Counted from the first letter of the stretch, positions 22,863-34,729 are shown. The stretch: 64,000 nucleotides of DNA from an uncultured Nitrososphaerales archaeon (GCA_963709405.1 CAVPXM010000020.1:48362-112361); one strand, 5' to 3'. Notes: generated by a model not told the origin, from the sequence alone. Translations and numbers: made by a program.

Positions 22863-23768
22863 CTAAACAATCTTTGCACTCCATTCAATGATAGAATTCC
22901 CTATTCCTTTGGGATTATCTTCTTGAAGGTAATGAATGCCTGGACCTATATCTCGGACGACCAGATGCGGAATTTTTTCTTGTAGCCATTTAACGCGAGA
23001 TTCTGGTATTACTGCTCCTGGGCTACCTTTTACTAGTAGCATAGGAAACTTGAACTCAGAGAGTGCATTTTCCAACTTTTGAATTACTGTGTATGCCTCA
23101 CTTTCCACCTTAGGATCTAACGGTAGCATTTCTGGGAACCGTCTGATTGGCTTACGTGATTCTATTGTTGGAAAAGGTTCACGGTAATACTTCATGATCT
23201 CCTCTGACAGATTTTGTTTATTGAAAACTGCAGATGGAAGAACCTGTTCAACAAATACATTCTGGACTTGAATCAATTCATAGCAGGACTCTCTAATCCT
23301 GAATGCTTGAAGCAACTTCGCAAAATCAGGGGGAAAGTCATCGATAGAAATAGTGAAAGGAAAGGTCTCCATGAATGCTATTCCTTTAATGTGTTCCTGA
23401 TTATTGAATGCATACCAAAATCCTAATACTCCGCCCCAATCATGTCCTACTATGATTAGATTTTTATTATTAGCAAGTTGCATTCCATCAATGAATTCTT
23501 TGACATACTTGAAGTGATCTTGGAAATTGTAATCTATATCTGGCTTGTCTGATTTTCCAAATCCTATAAGATCTAATGCTATACAACGATTATTACCTGC
23601 TGCAGCTACAATGGGTATGATATTTCTCCATAAATACGAGGAGGTTGGATTACCGTGCAAAAACAATACTGTGTTGTCGGCACCCTTTCCTTCTTCCACA
23701 TAGTGAATCTTTGATCCACCTATGTCTAGATATTTACTTTGAAACGGAAAATCAGCCTTAACATTCAT
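22863..23768 (-). CDS. dhaA: Haloalkane dehalogenase (HLD-II-like)
   Basis: HGNPTSSYLWR, GHDWGG, FME, GIHYLQED catalytic residues intact. Confidence 0.8.
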   Translation of the reverse strand: MNVKADFPFQSKYLDIGGSKIHYVEEGKGADNTVLFLHGNPTSSYLWRNIIPIVAAAGNNRCIALDLIGFGKSDKPDIDYNFQDHFKYVKEFIDGMQLANNKNLIIVGHDWGGVLGFWYAFNNQEHIKGIAFMETFPFTISIDDFPPDFAKLLQAFRIRESCYELIQVQNVFVEQVLPSAVFNKQNLSEEIMKYYREPFPTIESRKPIRRFPEMLPLDPKVESEAYTVIQKLENALSEFKFPMLLVKGSPGAVIPESRVKWLQEKIPHLVVRDIGPGIHYLQEDNPKGIGNSIIEWSAKIV

Positions 23769-24121
23769 AGTGCTGTTTTCTTATCTTCATATCTAATAAA
23801 TCTACTTCTGTTCTGTCTACTAGTGAACTCTATAATAATGTGCACAGATAAGCAGGTAGCAGTGTGCAAACAATGCTGTCCCCTATGCGTTGAATTTGTA
23901 CGTTTATGAAACCTTGACCTTATATTCGTGAACAGTACCTATCAAATTACACAGCAGCAAAATATCATTTATACTGAATAATGCATGTAGAATTAGTACA
24001 TTTATCCTAAGCATTTTTTATGAGTACATTTCCTGATTATATAATAATTTCTAGAATCAAATTCGAGTGTTTAGTGAATTTGTACTTGGCGGTATTATCG
24101 AAGCTATTATTTCTCTGTGTG

Positions 24122-24562
24122 ATGGATAACCTAGATAGGATGTATAAAGAAATGACAAATCCTTCAGAAAAGCTAATTGATCTTCATAAAAAAATCAAAT
24201 CTGCAGAAGGATATATGCCTGTTACTCCAGAATATAATCACAGTACTTCTGCTGCAATGAAAAATAGGTTGGATTACTTTTTGGAAGAATATTATTTTAA
24301 ACCTTCTGCTATAGTATCTTATTCTCCTGGAGGTTTTGGTGGTATTAATGCTGCCCAGCAAATGAGGTTAATATTTGCTGAGCTGGGAGCACCATCTATA
24401 CCTTCATCGTTTCCCATATCAAGAGTACATGAGGTTTTCGATGAAAATGGAAAATTAATTCATGAAAGATACGAAATGAGAGTCAAACGATTCCTAGATG
24501 AATTTGAGTGGTATATGGAAGCATTAAAAAACCAAAGAGAAACGAAATGTACCCCATACTAA
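24122..24562 (+). pseudogene. NADPH-dependent FMN reductase, 5' truncated
   Basis: VTPEYNHS, KNRLDY, SYSPGGFGGINA; the N-terminal GSxR motif is absent. Confidence 0.7.
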
Positions 24563-24765
24563 GTGATTGGATTATAAAAAATAATACATAAGCTAGTAGC
24601 GTTAACCATCATTGTAGGAAAGAACTTTGCGTTTTGGAATATTAAACCACGGTCTGGAACACGGATCTATAGACTTGTCGAAGTGGCAAGAGACATTGAT
24701 AAGTAAAACTTCAAAGCCAATCTAAATTCATCAAATATAGTTATATGAAGTAAAGATGTTAGGCC

Positions 24766-25763
24766 CTAATCTGATGGCAATATTAAGGGCAAGGATGATT
24801 GTGTGGTTCTGATATCATATCTGCTAAGAATTTCATCTATCAAATTCTTTGCCAAGTTGCTATACATTTTCGCAGCATCGTTCACTAGTATGGTTTCACA
24901 ATGCTGCGTAAAGTAATCGTCGGTATAAAATGGGTGAGATGGTATGTTGTAACTCACTGACGAAAAATTATCCTGGATTAGCGAGATGTACTGGTCTGGA
25001 TTGTTTCTTATCGAATGAATCACAGAAGAGATGGCAAGTTTCAGTAGTGATGCTGCATTAGACAAGGTTGAATATACTTTGTGTTCAACTACCATTCTAA
25101 TCTTTACATATTCCTCACTGTTATTTTCGAAATGACTTACAAGAGCTTCTGCTTGCAATCTCTTCTTTTGTAGATCGGTTAAGCTTACCCTCTTCTTCCT
25201 GGCATAATCGACAATAACTGTCAAATGATTTACCTAATGCCGTTACCTGATTGTCATAGTCCCGGATAATTCTAATTAGACTCTCCTTCTTTGCTTCAAG
25301 AGATTTTCAGTTCTGACTTAAGGTTGTAATATCTACCTTCAAGGCTAGACAAATCACCATCGGCTAATTTGAGAATCCTTGTTACATGATCCACATTCAA
25401 ACCAGCTGCTTTACTCAACTTATATAATGTCACAAATGATCCTAGATCTCCTTTTGTTTCTAGATATATTGAATTAAGATCATAGAGCTGTTTCAGAGTC
25501 CAACTTTCTTTGTACAATTGGGTTACGTCATGCTCCCTCATATCCAAGGCAATTGCTACATCAGTAGGGGATTTGCCTTCAGAAAACATTCTATATGCTT
25601 GAGAAGATTTAGACAAGGATTGTACTCCACTTGCTTTATCCAGTATACCTTTAATGTCACGAAGTGAAACCCTAGCTTCTTTAGCTATTTCACGGTAATT
25701 ACTCCCACTATTGTATAAATCCACAATGAGCTGTTCCTTTTCCTTTCTGTTTAGACCAATCAC
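24766..25763 (-). CDS. HTH-coiled-coil protein (thaumarchaeal family), frameshifted
   Basis: LIVDLYNSGSNYREIAKEARVSLRDI, SQAYRMFSEGKSPTDVAIAL; paralog of 31896-33059. Confidence 0.7.
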
Positions 25764-25810
25764 GTTATCTCTATTACTTATTTATGATATACTGATCCTT
25801 AAAAGATCTT

Positions 25811-25885
25811 GTTATCCTACGTTTTCATATTATTACCAGCGTTACAATTTAGATACCTCTATTATCTCTTGTTTTCCTTGTTACC
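25811..25885. repeat. ~10-bp-phased degenerate hexamer array (GTTAYC-like) upstream of HTH-coiled-coil gene
   Basis: gttatc 25811, gttttc 25821, attacc 25832, gttaca 25841, gatacc 25852, attatc 25861, gttttc 25871, gttacc 25880. Confidence 0.65.
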
Positions 25886-25988
25886 ATAAACATTTCATTA
25901 TGAACTCGAATATCGCATATTGCAAATATCTTTTATTGTCTGATAGGGATCATATCATTGTCATCAAATGTCATAGATATATACATCA

Positions 25989-26078
25989 TTATATTTCGCT
26001 GAAGGTTTTCCTTTGGTTGTAATATAGATCTATGATAAGATCCTCTGTTTCCTGTCGTTCTAACGGCTCAATACTCAT
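25989..26078 (-). pseudogene. N-terminal stub of another HTH-coiled-coil paralog
   Basis: MSIEPLERQETEDLIIDLYYNQRKTFSEI* aligns with LSKKEREERVLDLHFNQNKNYRQI. Confidence 0.65.
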
Positions 26079-26129
26079 ATATCATTAATTCTATCAATTT
26101 GAGGCTTAAAGCAATGTAATCATCATTTT

Positions 26130-26196
26130 GTTTTCATTTGATACCCATATGTTCCCAAGAACACTCATCTGTTGTCATCTGTTTACTACTGCTACC
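26130..26196. repeat. ~10-bp-phased hexamer array upstream of the paralog stub
   Basis: gttttc 26130, gatacc 26140, gttccc 26151, gttgtc 26171, gtttac 26181, gctacc 26191. Confidence 0.55.
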
Positions 26197-26697
26197 ATTA
26201 CAAATCTTAATGGCCTTCCTAAAAAGTCATAGTAGCTGCAGATATAATTTTGGTACAACCATTTTTATTTTGATTCCGAAATCTGAATCTAATGTTCTAA
26301 GAAGGATCTTAGTAAGCTCCACACTATTTTAAATAATCAACATTACTGCGAGATATACTAGTAGCTCCAATGATTCGATAATACTCCTGTACTACCGGGT
26401 GCAATTGATAAGCAGTATAGTGAGTCACAGGCGTGAGCTAACTGACACGCGTAAGGTGTTCAGAGACACAAAGTGCAAACGAAAATCGCCAAGGCAATCA
26501 AACATGATAGATACCGTCATACGATAGAACGTTCCAGAAGGAATTCCATGCAGCTAAATCTTATGATTCGAAACGTTAGAGTATTTCCGTAAGGAATTAC
26601 GGTCTGAACACTAAGGTCGAACGATTAAACGATGCAATACGAGAACGCGAACAGGTCAGGCATGGAACGCAGCGAAAAGAAACTGTAAAACCGATTG

Positions 26698-27223
26698 TTA
26701 ATGCCATGTGCCATATGGCGCGTCATATCCATTAAGGAATCCTTTATGGTATTCAGGAAAGTTGAGATTTGATGTAATTCGGGGCATTTTGTATAGATGA
26801 GCATCCTTTCCGTCGAACCATCCAAAGATATACTGTACGGCGAAGTAGTCTGTCAGTACATGGCCCCGTGTCACCATAACCACATTTCACATTTCACTGA
26901 TTCTATTAAGTAATTGGTGAAGCAGTGATGCTAGAATGATCGACAGTATTGGGTCTTGGAGGAGCAATAATAGTACCATTTTCTGCATTAGCAGGATGTC
27001 TTGCACTCGGAAATGGTGGGGGTGGGGATGATGTTGATGGTGATGGTGGCGACAACGATGATGGAGACTGGCCGGTAGACGGATTGAATGGTGTATTTTG
27101 TTTATACTGTGCTAAGGCAATATTAATACAATTAACTATTGATGCGATACAAATAGCAACTAGTACAGAAACTAAAAAGTTGCCGATCATTTTCTGATTA
27201 CATAGTTCATATACAAAATTCAC
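26698..27223 (-). pseudogene. Secreted Pro/Ser-rich hypothetical protein, split
   Basis: Signal peptide, PSPSTSSPPPP linker, downstream YIFGWFDG / YHKGFLNGY repeats. Confidence 0.4.
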
Positions 27224-27739
27224 CTAATATATCTTGCTTAAAGCTAAGCAAATAAGAGTGACTAATTGTGGTTGTTGTAGTGATTGTGATTTCCTGCATG
27301 ATCTGAGACAGTGTGACTTGTAAGTTTATAATCATGCAAACTGACATTCTGATACCTCGGAATTCAGCAAAAGCAATCGTATCAACTGCTGAATCAAAAT
27401 AACCCAATGCAATGCCGTCGCAGCGGCATGGCCTGCTTTTTGATTACTACTGATGTTATGTGCATCTAAAGGTGTTAATATTTTTAATGTATAAATGTTC
27501 GAGTAGTGCCTAATTTTTAGTTTCATAGACTCCACTTTGATATAACTGCTTGGCAAATTCCGTCTTATTTTTGCATCCATATTTCCGATAGCTGTAATTA
27601 CTGCATGCATCATGATATACAGCATACATGAATTTTATCACCATCCTGGGACGTCAGGCTACACCTAGGACGCAGCGTTTTTGATAATATTTATAATCTG
27701 GCATGTCACATATCATATTATGACGCTATTTCTGGGATG

Positions 27740-27885
27740 ATTGTGAAATGTTGCCATAGTCTTTTGAAAAATTCGGTAAAGACTATCTAACTGACTTAGC
27801 TTCCAGTACCTCTAAATTAAACTGAGTTGCTTCTGGTTCTCTAATATTTAAAATAATAGCAACCTCTGGGTTTTCTTACTATTTG
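27740..27885 (-). pseudogene. Internal remnant of HTH-coiled-coil paralog
   Basis: EVAIILNIREPEATQFNLE-YWKLSQLDSLYRIF matches DVAIALDMREHDVTQLYKESWTLKQLYDL. Confidence 0.55.
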
Positions 27886-28619
27886 TTGTATTTGTCGAAA
27901 AGTCTTCTTTTGATTATATTACAGATCTATGAATATGAATATGAATGTCTTAAATGGTTTCATACTTAGCACAAATTGCGAGCAGAAAGTCTCACTAGAG
28001 GCAGAATGGTATCTGGTATCTGTCAAATATTAGTATAAACTTATTTACCAAGTCCTGAGGTTAGTCTTGATCTAATGGTAATATTAGTGGCATTGATGAT
28101 TGTGCTGACCTGATATCATATCTGCCTACAGGAATATTAAGGGGCGCACATGCTCGTGTTCCCTGTTACCAACTAATTTAGCTATACATATACAAGACAA
28201 ACCAGTCTGAGCTCAATAAACGCTAAAACTATCAGCAGTTGTGGTGGACTTAACAATCTGTCGACAGACAAATTAATGATGCCTATGGATAACGTTAATA
28301 TCCACATATCGGATGATATCGGATTTTTCGACACATCGTGGATAATTATATCGGAAATGTGGGCTTCTAATAGGATATGTACCATATCAGATTAAAAACC
28401 TTTTCCAAAATCAGACATCATGTGTACAGACTTACATAAATATTCCAGCCAACAACACAGCGCATATTACAAAGCGTACTGATAACGAAAGTGGACTCCA
28501 ATGACTGAAAGTTATTTTCTCATAAAACCCAGAAAAAAGCTTTAGATAGATAAAATATTATATCAACTTAAATTCAACTAATAGGAAAAATATTGTGATG
28601 GTGGCGGCGTACTTCAATT

Positions 28620-30970
28620 ATGCTTGTTAATGCTCGACTTAATCGAATAAATCTACTTATCGGGCTTGCCATCGCAATCATAATTTCAGACTCTATAATC
28701 TATTTTTCAGAAGCTGGTAGCAAGGAGTTTTATTCAAATTGGATCATTATCATTAATGCCTCAATTGCTGCTGGACTTGCAACATTAGTGTTATATAGAC
28801 ACAAACAGCATGATGGAATATTTGACAAGTCACACGCAGCTCTTGCCGTAGGTTTATGTCTGTGGCTAACTGCCGACATTATCTGGGCAGTATATCAGAT
28901 CGTACTGGAAATTGTTCCCCCGGTACCATCGGTCGCCGATTTTGTATGGTTTTCTGCATATGGCTTCTTCGCTTTCTATTTATATTCAACGTACTTTGAG
29001 TTTCACAAAAAATTCAGGTTTAGTAGAAGACTAGTTGCTTTTAGCATCATTGGTGCCGGAGTATTTCTATCATACATAATTGTTGTGACTACAAGCATTG
29101 CCGATTTTTCCTCAAGCAGAGGAATTGCCATGTTTATCGTAGTGATTGCATATCCTGTTCTGGATTCCATACTTATTGTACCGGCAATTGTAATCTTGTT
29201 AAGTTTTAGAAATGAGCCAGTGTGGTTCACTCCGTGGCTATTTGAATCAGCCGGCATATTTCTAATGGCTATTTCAGACAGCTGGTTTGCACTAATTGTT
29301 GTCACTTCGTTATTGAACCAGTTCTGGTTATCTGCATTATTCTTTGCCTCGCATTATATCATTATTTCAGCCGGTTTACTCTGGTATATCACCTTCTTGA
29401 TAAGAGAAAAAAAGAGTACTAATAAAATGTCGACTAAAGATTACGTCATTGCTGATGGCGGGGAAATTACACCATCTGATAATAAGCTCAATTTTAATAA
29501 TAACAAAAATGCCAAGAAGACAAACCGATCGGATAATGAAAAAAAGAGAAACATATTGGGCCTTAAATCCAAGTTCGGCTCTGTAATCATTATTATCATT
29601 ATTTCTTGGGCGATCTATGTTTTTATCAGTTTAATTGCGTATCACGACCAATCCACAACCAAGTTACCAGGTTGGATATCTTCATTTTTAACATTTCTAC
29701 CTTCTGTTTTTAGTGGGAATTCTGAAACAATAATTCATCCGAGCCTTCAACATCTAGCTAATGCAGAATCCGATGTAAATACAACTATGCTGGGCGCACT
29801 TCTTCCAATTAGCGGTGCTTCCGCTTCGTTAGGCGAATCAGAACAAGCTGCCGCTTAAAATTGCCATTAATGATATCAACAAATACTTTTCTGAAAACCA
29901 CTCAAAGACAAGGTATGGACTTGTAATTGAAGACACAGGAAGTGATCCTCAAATAGGCCTCGAAAAAGTTAAGCGTTTGTCAGATAGGGGAATAAAGATA
30001 ATAATTGGTCCTTCCACTAGTGCAAACGTAAATCAGATTCGAGATTATGCGACATCTCATGGTATATTGCTTGTTAGTCCATCAAGTACTGCGCCATCCC
30101 TGTCTCTTGCTGGAGATAATGTGTTTAGATTTGTTCCAGATGACACACATCAGGCACAGGCAGTATCGTCATTAATGTGGAAAGATGGGATAAGAGTCAT
30201 TGTACCATTCTGGAGAACTGATATTTATGGAAATGATCTAGTAAGTGCAGTCAAAAATAGTTTTGAAAAGATGGGAGGAAGATTTGTAGATGGTGTCGGG
30301 TATACTCCACATACAGGTGACCTGTCTGCTAGTCTTAACAGGATAAACTTCATAATATGGGATCAAGAATTGAAGACTCTTGAGGCAAAGCTGAAGAAGG
30401 CCATATCAAATTATGGCGTAAACAAAGTAGGGATTTATTTTGTAGCCTATGACGAAGTTGCGCCTATCTTCATTCAAGCGCAAGGTCATGACATCTTGTC
30501 TGAATGTAAAATGGTTTGGTAGCGATGGATCGGCACTTAACAACAAGATCGTAAAAAATACAGACGCTGCCATCTTTGCTACTAAAACTGGATTTGCAAA
30601 TCCCATTTTCGGCGTTGAAAACGCTAGTAACGCCAGGTTTAAACGCGTCGAAGCTCTAATTGAAAAGGAAATCGAGAGGATACCAAGGTCGTATGCAAGT
30701 ACTGCCTATGATGCTCTTTGGGTTGCGGCATTGGCTGAAAACCAGACAAAGCAAACAAACAACATTGAAGTGCTCAAAAACGCATTTACTAGGATTGCAA
30801 ATTCATATAAGGGAATTACTGGCAATGTTAGCCTTGATCAGAACGGAGATAGAAAATATGGCGACTATGAATATTGGGCTGTAACAAAAGACAAACATAA
30901 TCCAGCATTATTCGAATGGGAGCCGATAGGCAGATTCGTATACGAAAAAAATCTAAATGGTAAGAAGTAG
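28620..30970 (+). CDS. Multi-TM domain fused to type-1 (LivJ-like) ligand-binding domain, two frameshifts
   Basis: About 8 TMs, then LGALLPISGASASLGE, IIIGPSTS, LVSPSSTAPSLS...FRFVPDD, AYDALW, YKGITGNVSLDQNGDR. Confidence 0.7.
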
Positions 30971-31175
30971 GAGATATATTTAGGCTCCAGATAAAATGAT
31001 TTGATTTTAGTAGGACTAGATTCGAATCATAGCTACGTTTTTAATTTGTACAATATTATTTGAAAGCTCGACTCCAAATGTATTGATTGTATGGAATTTT
31101 GTGTCTTTTTAATTAATTACTCTTCAAATTCACATCCAGAAAATTTCCGAATCTCCAAATTATAATCCACGCACA

Positions 31176-31585
31176 GTGGAGTTCTTTATGGATTTACCTA
31201 GACGCGTGGATGACTTGCAACAGAAAGTTGAAAATTTATCTGCTTCTCTTGGAATATTCAAACTTAAAAATGAACCAATCCCTACCAGAATCGAAGAAGA
31301 TGGACAAGCAGAGAATGAACCAAAATGTATGAAAGAAGAGATGTTTGCTTCAAACGGCTTTACCGGGAAAAGCGATGTCATATCATAATAACATCAGGAA
31401 TATATCAAGGATTTCTACTGGAGCTAGAAGACTCGACGCGATACTTTATGGTGGAATAGAGACACATGCAATAACAGAGTTCTATGGAGCAAGCGGTACG
31501 GGTAAAACACAAATTTGTCATGCGTTAGCAGTAATGGCCACAGGAGAAGGACTGCATGGTAATGTAATTTTTGTCGATACTCATG
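31176..31585 (+). pseudogene. RadA-like recombinase fragment
   Basis: RISTGARRLDAILYGGIETHAITEFYGASGTGKTQICH...VIFVDT, then homology breaks off. Confidence 0.75.
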
Positions 31586-31604
31586 GCGCACTTTTGCGGG
31601 AGGC

Positions 31605-31850
31605 ATGTGCGGAAAAATATCTATGGCACATTTCAATCCTGCAGTTTCAGTAGGTTTTCTAATTACCAAACATATAACAAAAATCCAGTTACTCTATTAC
31701 TTTTCAGCAGAAATATTCGGTGCTTTACTTGCGAGTCTTTTTGTAAAATTTATGATAGGAAATCAAGCCAACTTGGGGGCAAATGCTCCAAATTATGCCT
31801 ATCCAATCCCAACAATAATTGGAGTTGAGATGACTCATTCAAGTTCACTT
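31605..31850 (+). pseudogene. Aquaporin/MIP channel internal fragment
   Basis: ISMAHFNPAVSVG (first NPA), AEIFGALLAS; second half missing. Confidence 0.75.
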
Positions 31851-31895
31851 TTCCTCGTTTTGCTAGTCCTTTAGAAAAGTATTTGCTATATCAGC

Positions 31896-33059
31896 TTATC
31901 GGAGCGGATCTTCCTTCTCGTTTCTATATGCTTGTATGGGATGCACAGCCTTTGAATCTAGAAATGACTTTTTAATGAACTGCGACGATATTGAACCTGA
32001 AATAAATGCTTCTATTATTCGATTAATACACACTTGCTCCAACTCTTTTATCATTCTATTAAAGAATTGTTCTGCTACGTTTACTATAATCTTCGAGTAA
32101 GCAATGTCATCAATAGAATTTTCTTGTTGATAGCATAACTGTTCATTTGTAGACAGTCCATGATTATACTGGTCAATCATACCAAATTCCGCTAGTTGTG
32201 TCTCTGTTGTTGTTATAGCAACCGCTGATAAATTATAATAAAGAATTTTGAATTTTACAGGATCTCTTCGACATGACTCTATAACCGATTGAAGGGCTAC
32301 TAGCAATACATGTCTATGATTCATTAATCTTTGTTCAATTATTTGTTTGACAAATTCTTTAATCCTTTGAAGACTTTCATTGTTATCATGAAAATGTCTA
32401 ACAACAGATTCTAGTTTTTCTTTTTGCAATCGCAACTTAGATAGCTCAAGGCGCTCTTCCTTGCAGGATGAACGATACTGATTTAATATCTTGGATTCCT
32501 CTGATATGTCGTTGCTTAATTGTTGAAAGGTTCTAGCCGTTTCCAAATTCTTGGTGTTTAAAGATGTCTCTTCAAGTTTGAGATCTTGGCATTTTCGTTC
32601 AATTGATTGAATATCATTATTGGCTATTTTAAGCAAGTTAACTACTTGTAATACATCCATTTTTGCAGCCTTTGCTGCTTTACACAAATTTACAAAATAT
32701 GATATATCATCCTTAAATTCTAAATACAGCTTGGTAATATCATCAAGTTCGCGTAACCTCAAATATTCCATATAGTATTGAGCTACCTGAGCTTGTCCGA
32801 GGTTTAACTTGATGGCCACTTTAAGTGTCGTATTACCTTTAGAAAAAAGTTCATAGGCTTGTACGAACAAGGATTTATGTTCCTGTCGCTCTTTTTCTTC
32901 CTTTGTCTTGTTTACAATCTCCCCAATATCACGAAGAGATATTTTCATCTCTTTAGCTATCTGCCTATAATTTTTGTTCTGATTAAAGTGTAGGTCTAAA
33001 ACACGTTCTTCTCTTTCTTTCTTGCTCAATATGCGATTTGAATCAAATTCTTTTGTCAT
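31896..33059 (-). CDS. HTH-coiled-coil protein (intact, 387 aa)
   Basis: Two HTH-like segments (YRQIAKEMKISLRDI; QAYELFSKGNTTLKVAIKLNL), long E/K/Q/L heptad-rich region. Confidence 0.8.
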   Translation of the reverse strand: MTKEFDSNRILSKKEREERVLDLHFNQNKNYRQIAKEMKISLRDIGEIVNKTKEEKERQEHKSLFVQAYELFSKGNTTLKVAIKLNLGQAQVAQYYMEYLRLRELDDITKLYLEFKDDISYFVNLCKAAKAAKMDVLQVVNLLKIANNDIQSIERKCQDLKLEETSLNTKNLETARTFQQLSNDISEESKILNQYRSSCKEERLELSKLRLQKEKLESVVRHFHDNNESLQRIKEFVKQIIEQRLMNHRHVLLVALQSVIESCRRDPVKFKILYYNLSAVAITTTETQLAEFGMIDQYNHGLSTNEQLCYQQENSIDDIAYSKIIVNVAEQFFNRMIKELEQVCINRIIEAFISGSISSQFIKKSFLDSKAVHPIQAYRNEKEDPLR

Positions 33060-33103
33060 GTCAAACCATATTATAAAAGCTGCATTTAAAATAAAAATAA
33101 CCT

Positions 33104-33212
33104 GCTACCAGCATGTACATCATGCTACCAACATTTTTTCATGTGTAGCCTAGTTGTCTCCTCTTGTTGTCATGCTATTGTCATATGTTACCTTCTACCT
33201 TCATGTGTTATC
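33104..33212. repeat. ~10-bp-phased hexamer array upstream of HTH-coiled-coil gene
   Basis: gctacc 33104 and 33124, gtagcc 33145, gttgtc 33153 and 33166, attgtc 33177, gttacc 33187, gttatc 33207. Confidence 0.6.
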
Positions 33213-33564
33213 ATGCAATTTTTACTGAACTCAAAATGGCTCTTTTGAGAAGAGTGGATTGTGCTAAAGAATTTTTGCAATTAATTACATGTTAATGAAA
33301 AACGCAATAGCAACAACAAGAAATGATTCTACACCAACCAATCAACCATAATGATGCTTAGCAACTTTTCCAGATATTTTCAATCACGATATACCTACTA
33401 TTATTACGTCCTTACTTGCATGGCTCTTAAGTAAAAAGGCAAAAAAGGAAAATGATATCATTTATAACAACTATATGTGAAAAGGCAATATTTACTCACT
33501 GAATATCTTTAATATAAGTGCCTAAATCCAGAGAAGCCAGTTCATAGAGGTTAACTAGTTAGTT

Positions 33565-34729
33565 GAGGCTTGGGCATATTCCAGATCCATATTTTATGTC
33601 TATAATGAATTAGGATAAAGCTATCCTTTGAGTGTCTGAATTTGTGATGAAACATAATCAAACATTCCCAAAGGATAGCATATGGTAGTAAATGTGAATC
33701 TATTCTTTTTAGTATTCTGTACTTGATAGGTTCGATACCGTGGTCAGAATCGCAAAAGGGAAGAAGGGGCAGACCATATGTTTATTCTCCCACTGTAATT
33801 CTGAGATGTTTCATAGTTAGGCTATGGTTTAGACTGGATTCTAACAATGCATTACATGAATTCCTAGAATTGGATTATCCTTACAATAAGATAATGAAAA
33901 GATGTGGTCTTACCCAAATACCAGACAGGCGAACATTTGACAGACGACTTAAGACCATATCCACAGACATCAAAAAAAGGATTACTATCATGACCTGCAT
34001 GTTTGTATGCGAAAAGATGATAAATCCATACATTGTTGCAATAGATAGTACTTTACTGAAAGCCAAAGGACATGTTTGGCACAAATCATCTATGAACAAA
34101 GGTATAGTACCATGTTCTGGCATAGATACTGACGCAAGATGGGGATTCAGCCATACTAAAGGATGGATATTTGGTTACAAACTACATATGATATCAAGTA
34201 CTGGTTCCGTCATAGTCCCATTAGCAGCAGATTTTACAACTGCTAATGTACAAGATAATCAAATGTACAATCCGATGATATCATCATCATCTCTGTCTCC
34301 AGAAACATGTTTCATGATAGGCGATTCTGGGTATGACGACCATAAACTATATGGCTTGAGTACTAAAAGAGGATTTGAACTGGTATGTCCAGTACAAAGA
34401 TATGAACATACCCCTACTGACAGACTTGAGCTGATACAATTCTATGAATCTGAGTTAGGACAGGCTATTTACTCTTGGAGAAGTAAATCGATAGAACCAC
34501 TAATAGAACATATTAAATCTGTTTTTAGAATAGACCCATTACCAGTAAGAGGCTACCATAAGGCTGCTGGAATAGCACTTCTGTCAGTACTACTATATCA
34601 GATCCTTGTCTACTACAATTATAAAACCAGACGTAGTCAACGACCAAAATCAATCAAACACATGTTATGTAGTTAATATGTTACCAAATAATATATGAAA
34701 AATATAGAATTCAATTATGTCCAAGCCTC
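33565..34729 (+). mobile_element. IS element with DDE_Tnp_1 (IS5/IS4-like) transposase
   Basis: IRs GAGGCTTGGGCATA/GAGGCTTGGACATA; 8-bp TSD AGTTAGTT (33557-64, 34730-37). Confidence 0.9.
33723..34676 (+). CDS. DDE transposase
   Basis: AIDST, GYKLH, GDSGYD, RSKSIEPL. Confidence 0.88.
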   Translation: MIGSIPWSESQKGRRGRPYVYSPTVILRCFIVRLWFRLDSNNALHEFLELDYPYNKIMKRCGLTQIPDRRTFDRRLKTISTDIKKRITIMTCMFVCEKMINPYIVAIDSTLLKAKGHVWHKSSMNKGIVPCSGIDTDARWGFSHTKGWIFGYKLHMISSTGSVIVPLAADFTTANVQDNQMYNPMISSSSLSPETCFMIGDSGYDDHKLYGLSTKRGFELVCPVQRYEHTPTDRLELIQFYESELGQAIYSWRSKSIEPLIEHIKSVFRIDPLPVRGYHKAAGIALLSVLLYQILVYYNYKTRRSQRPKSIKHMLCS

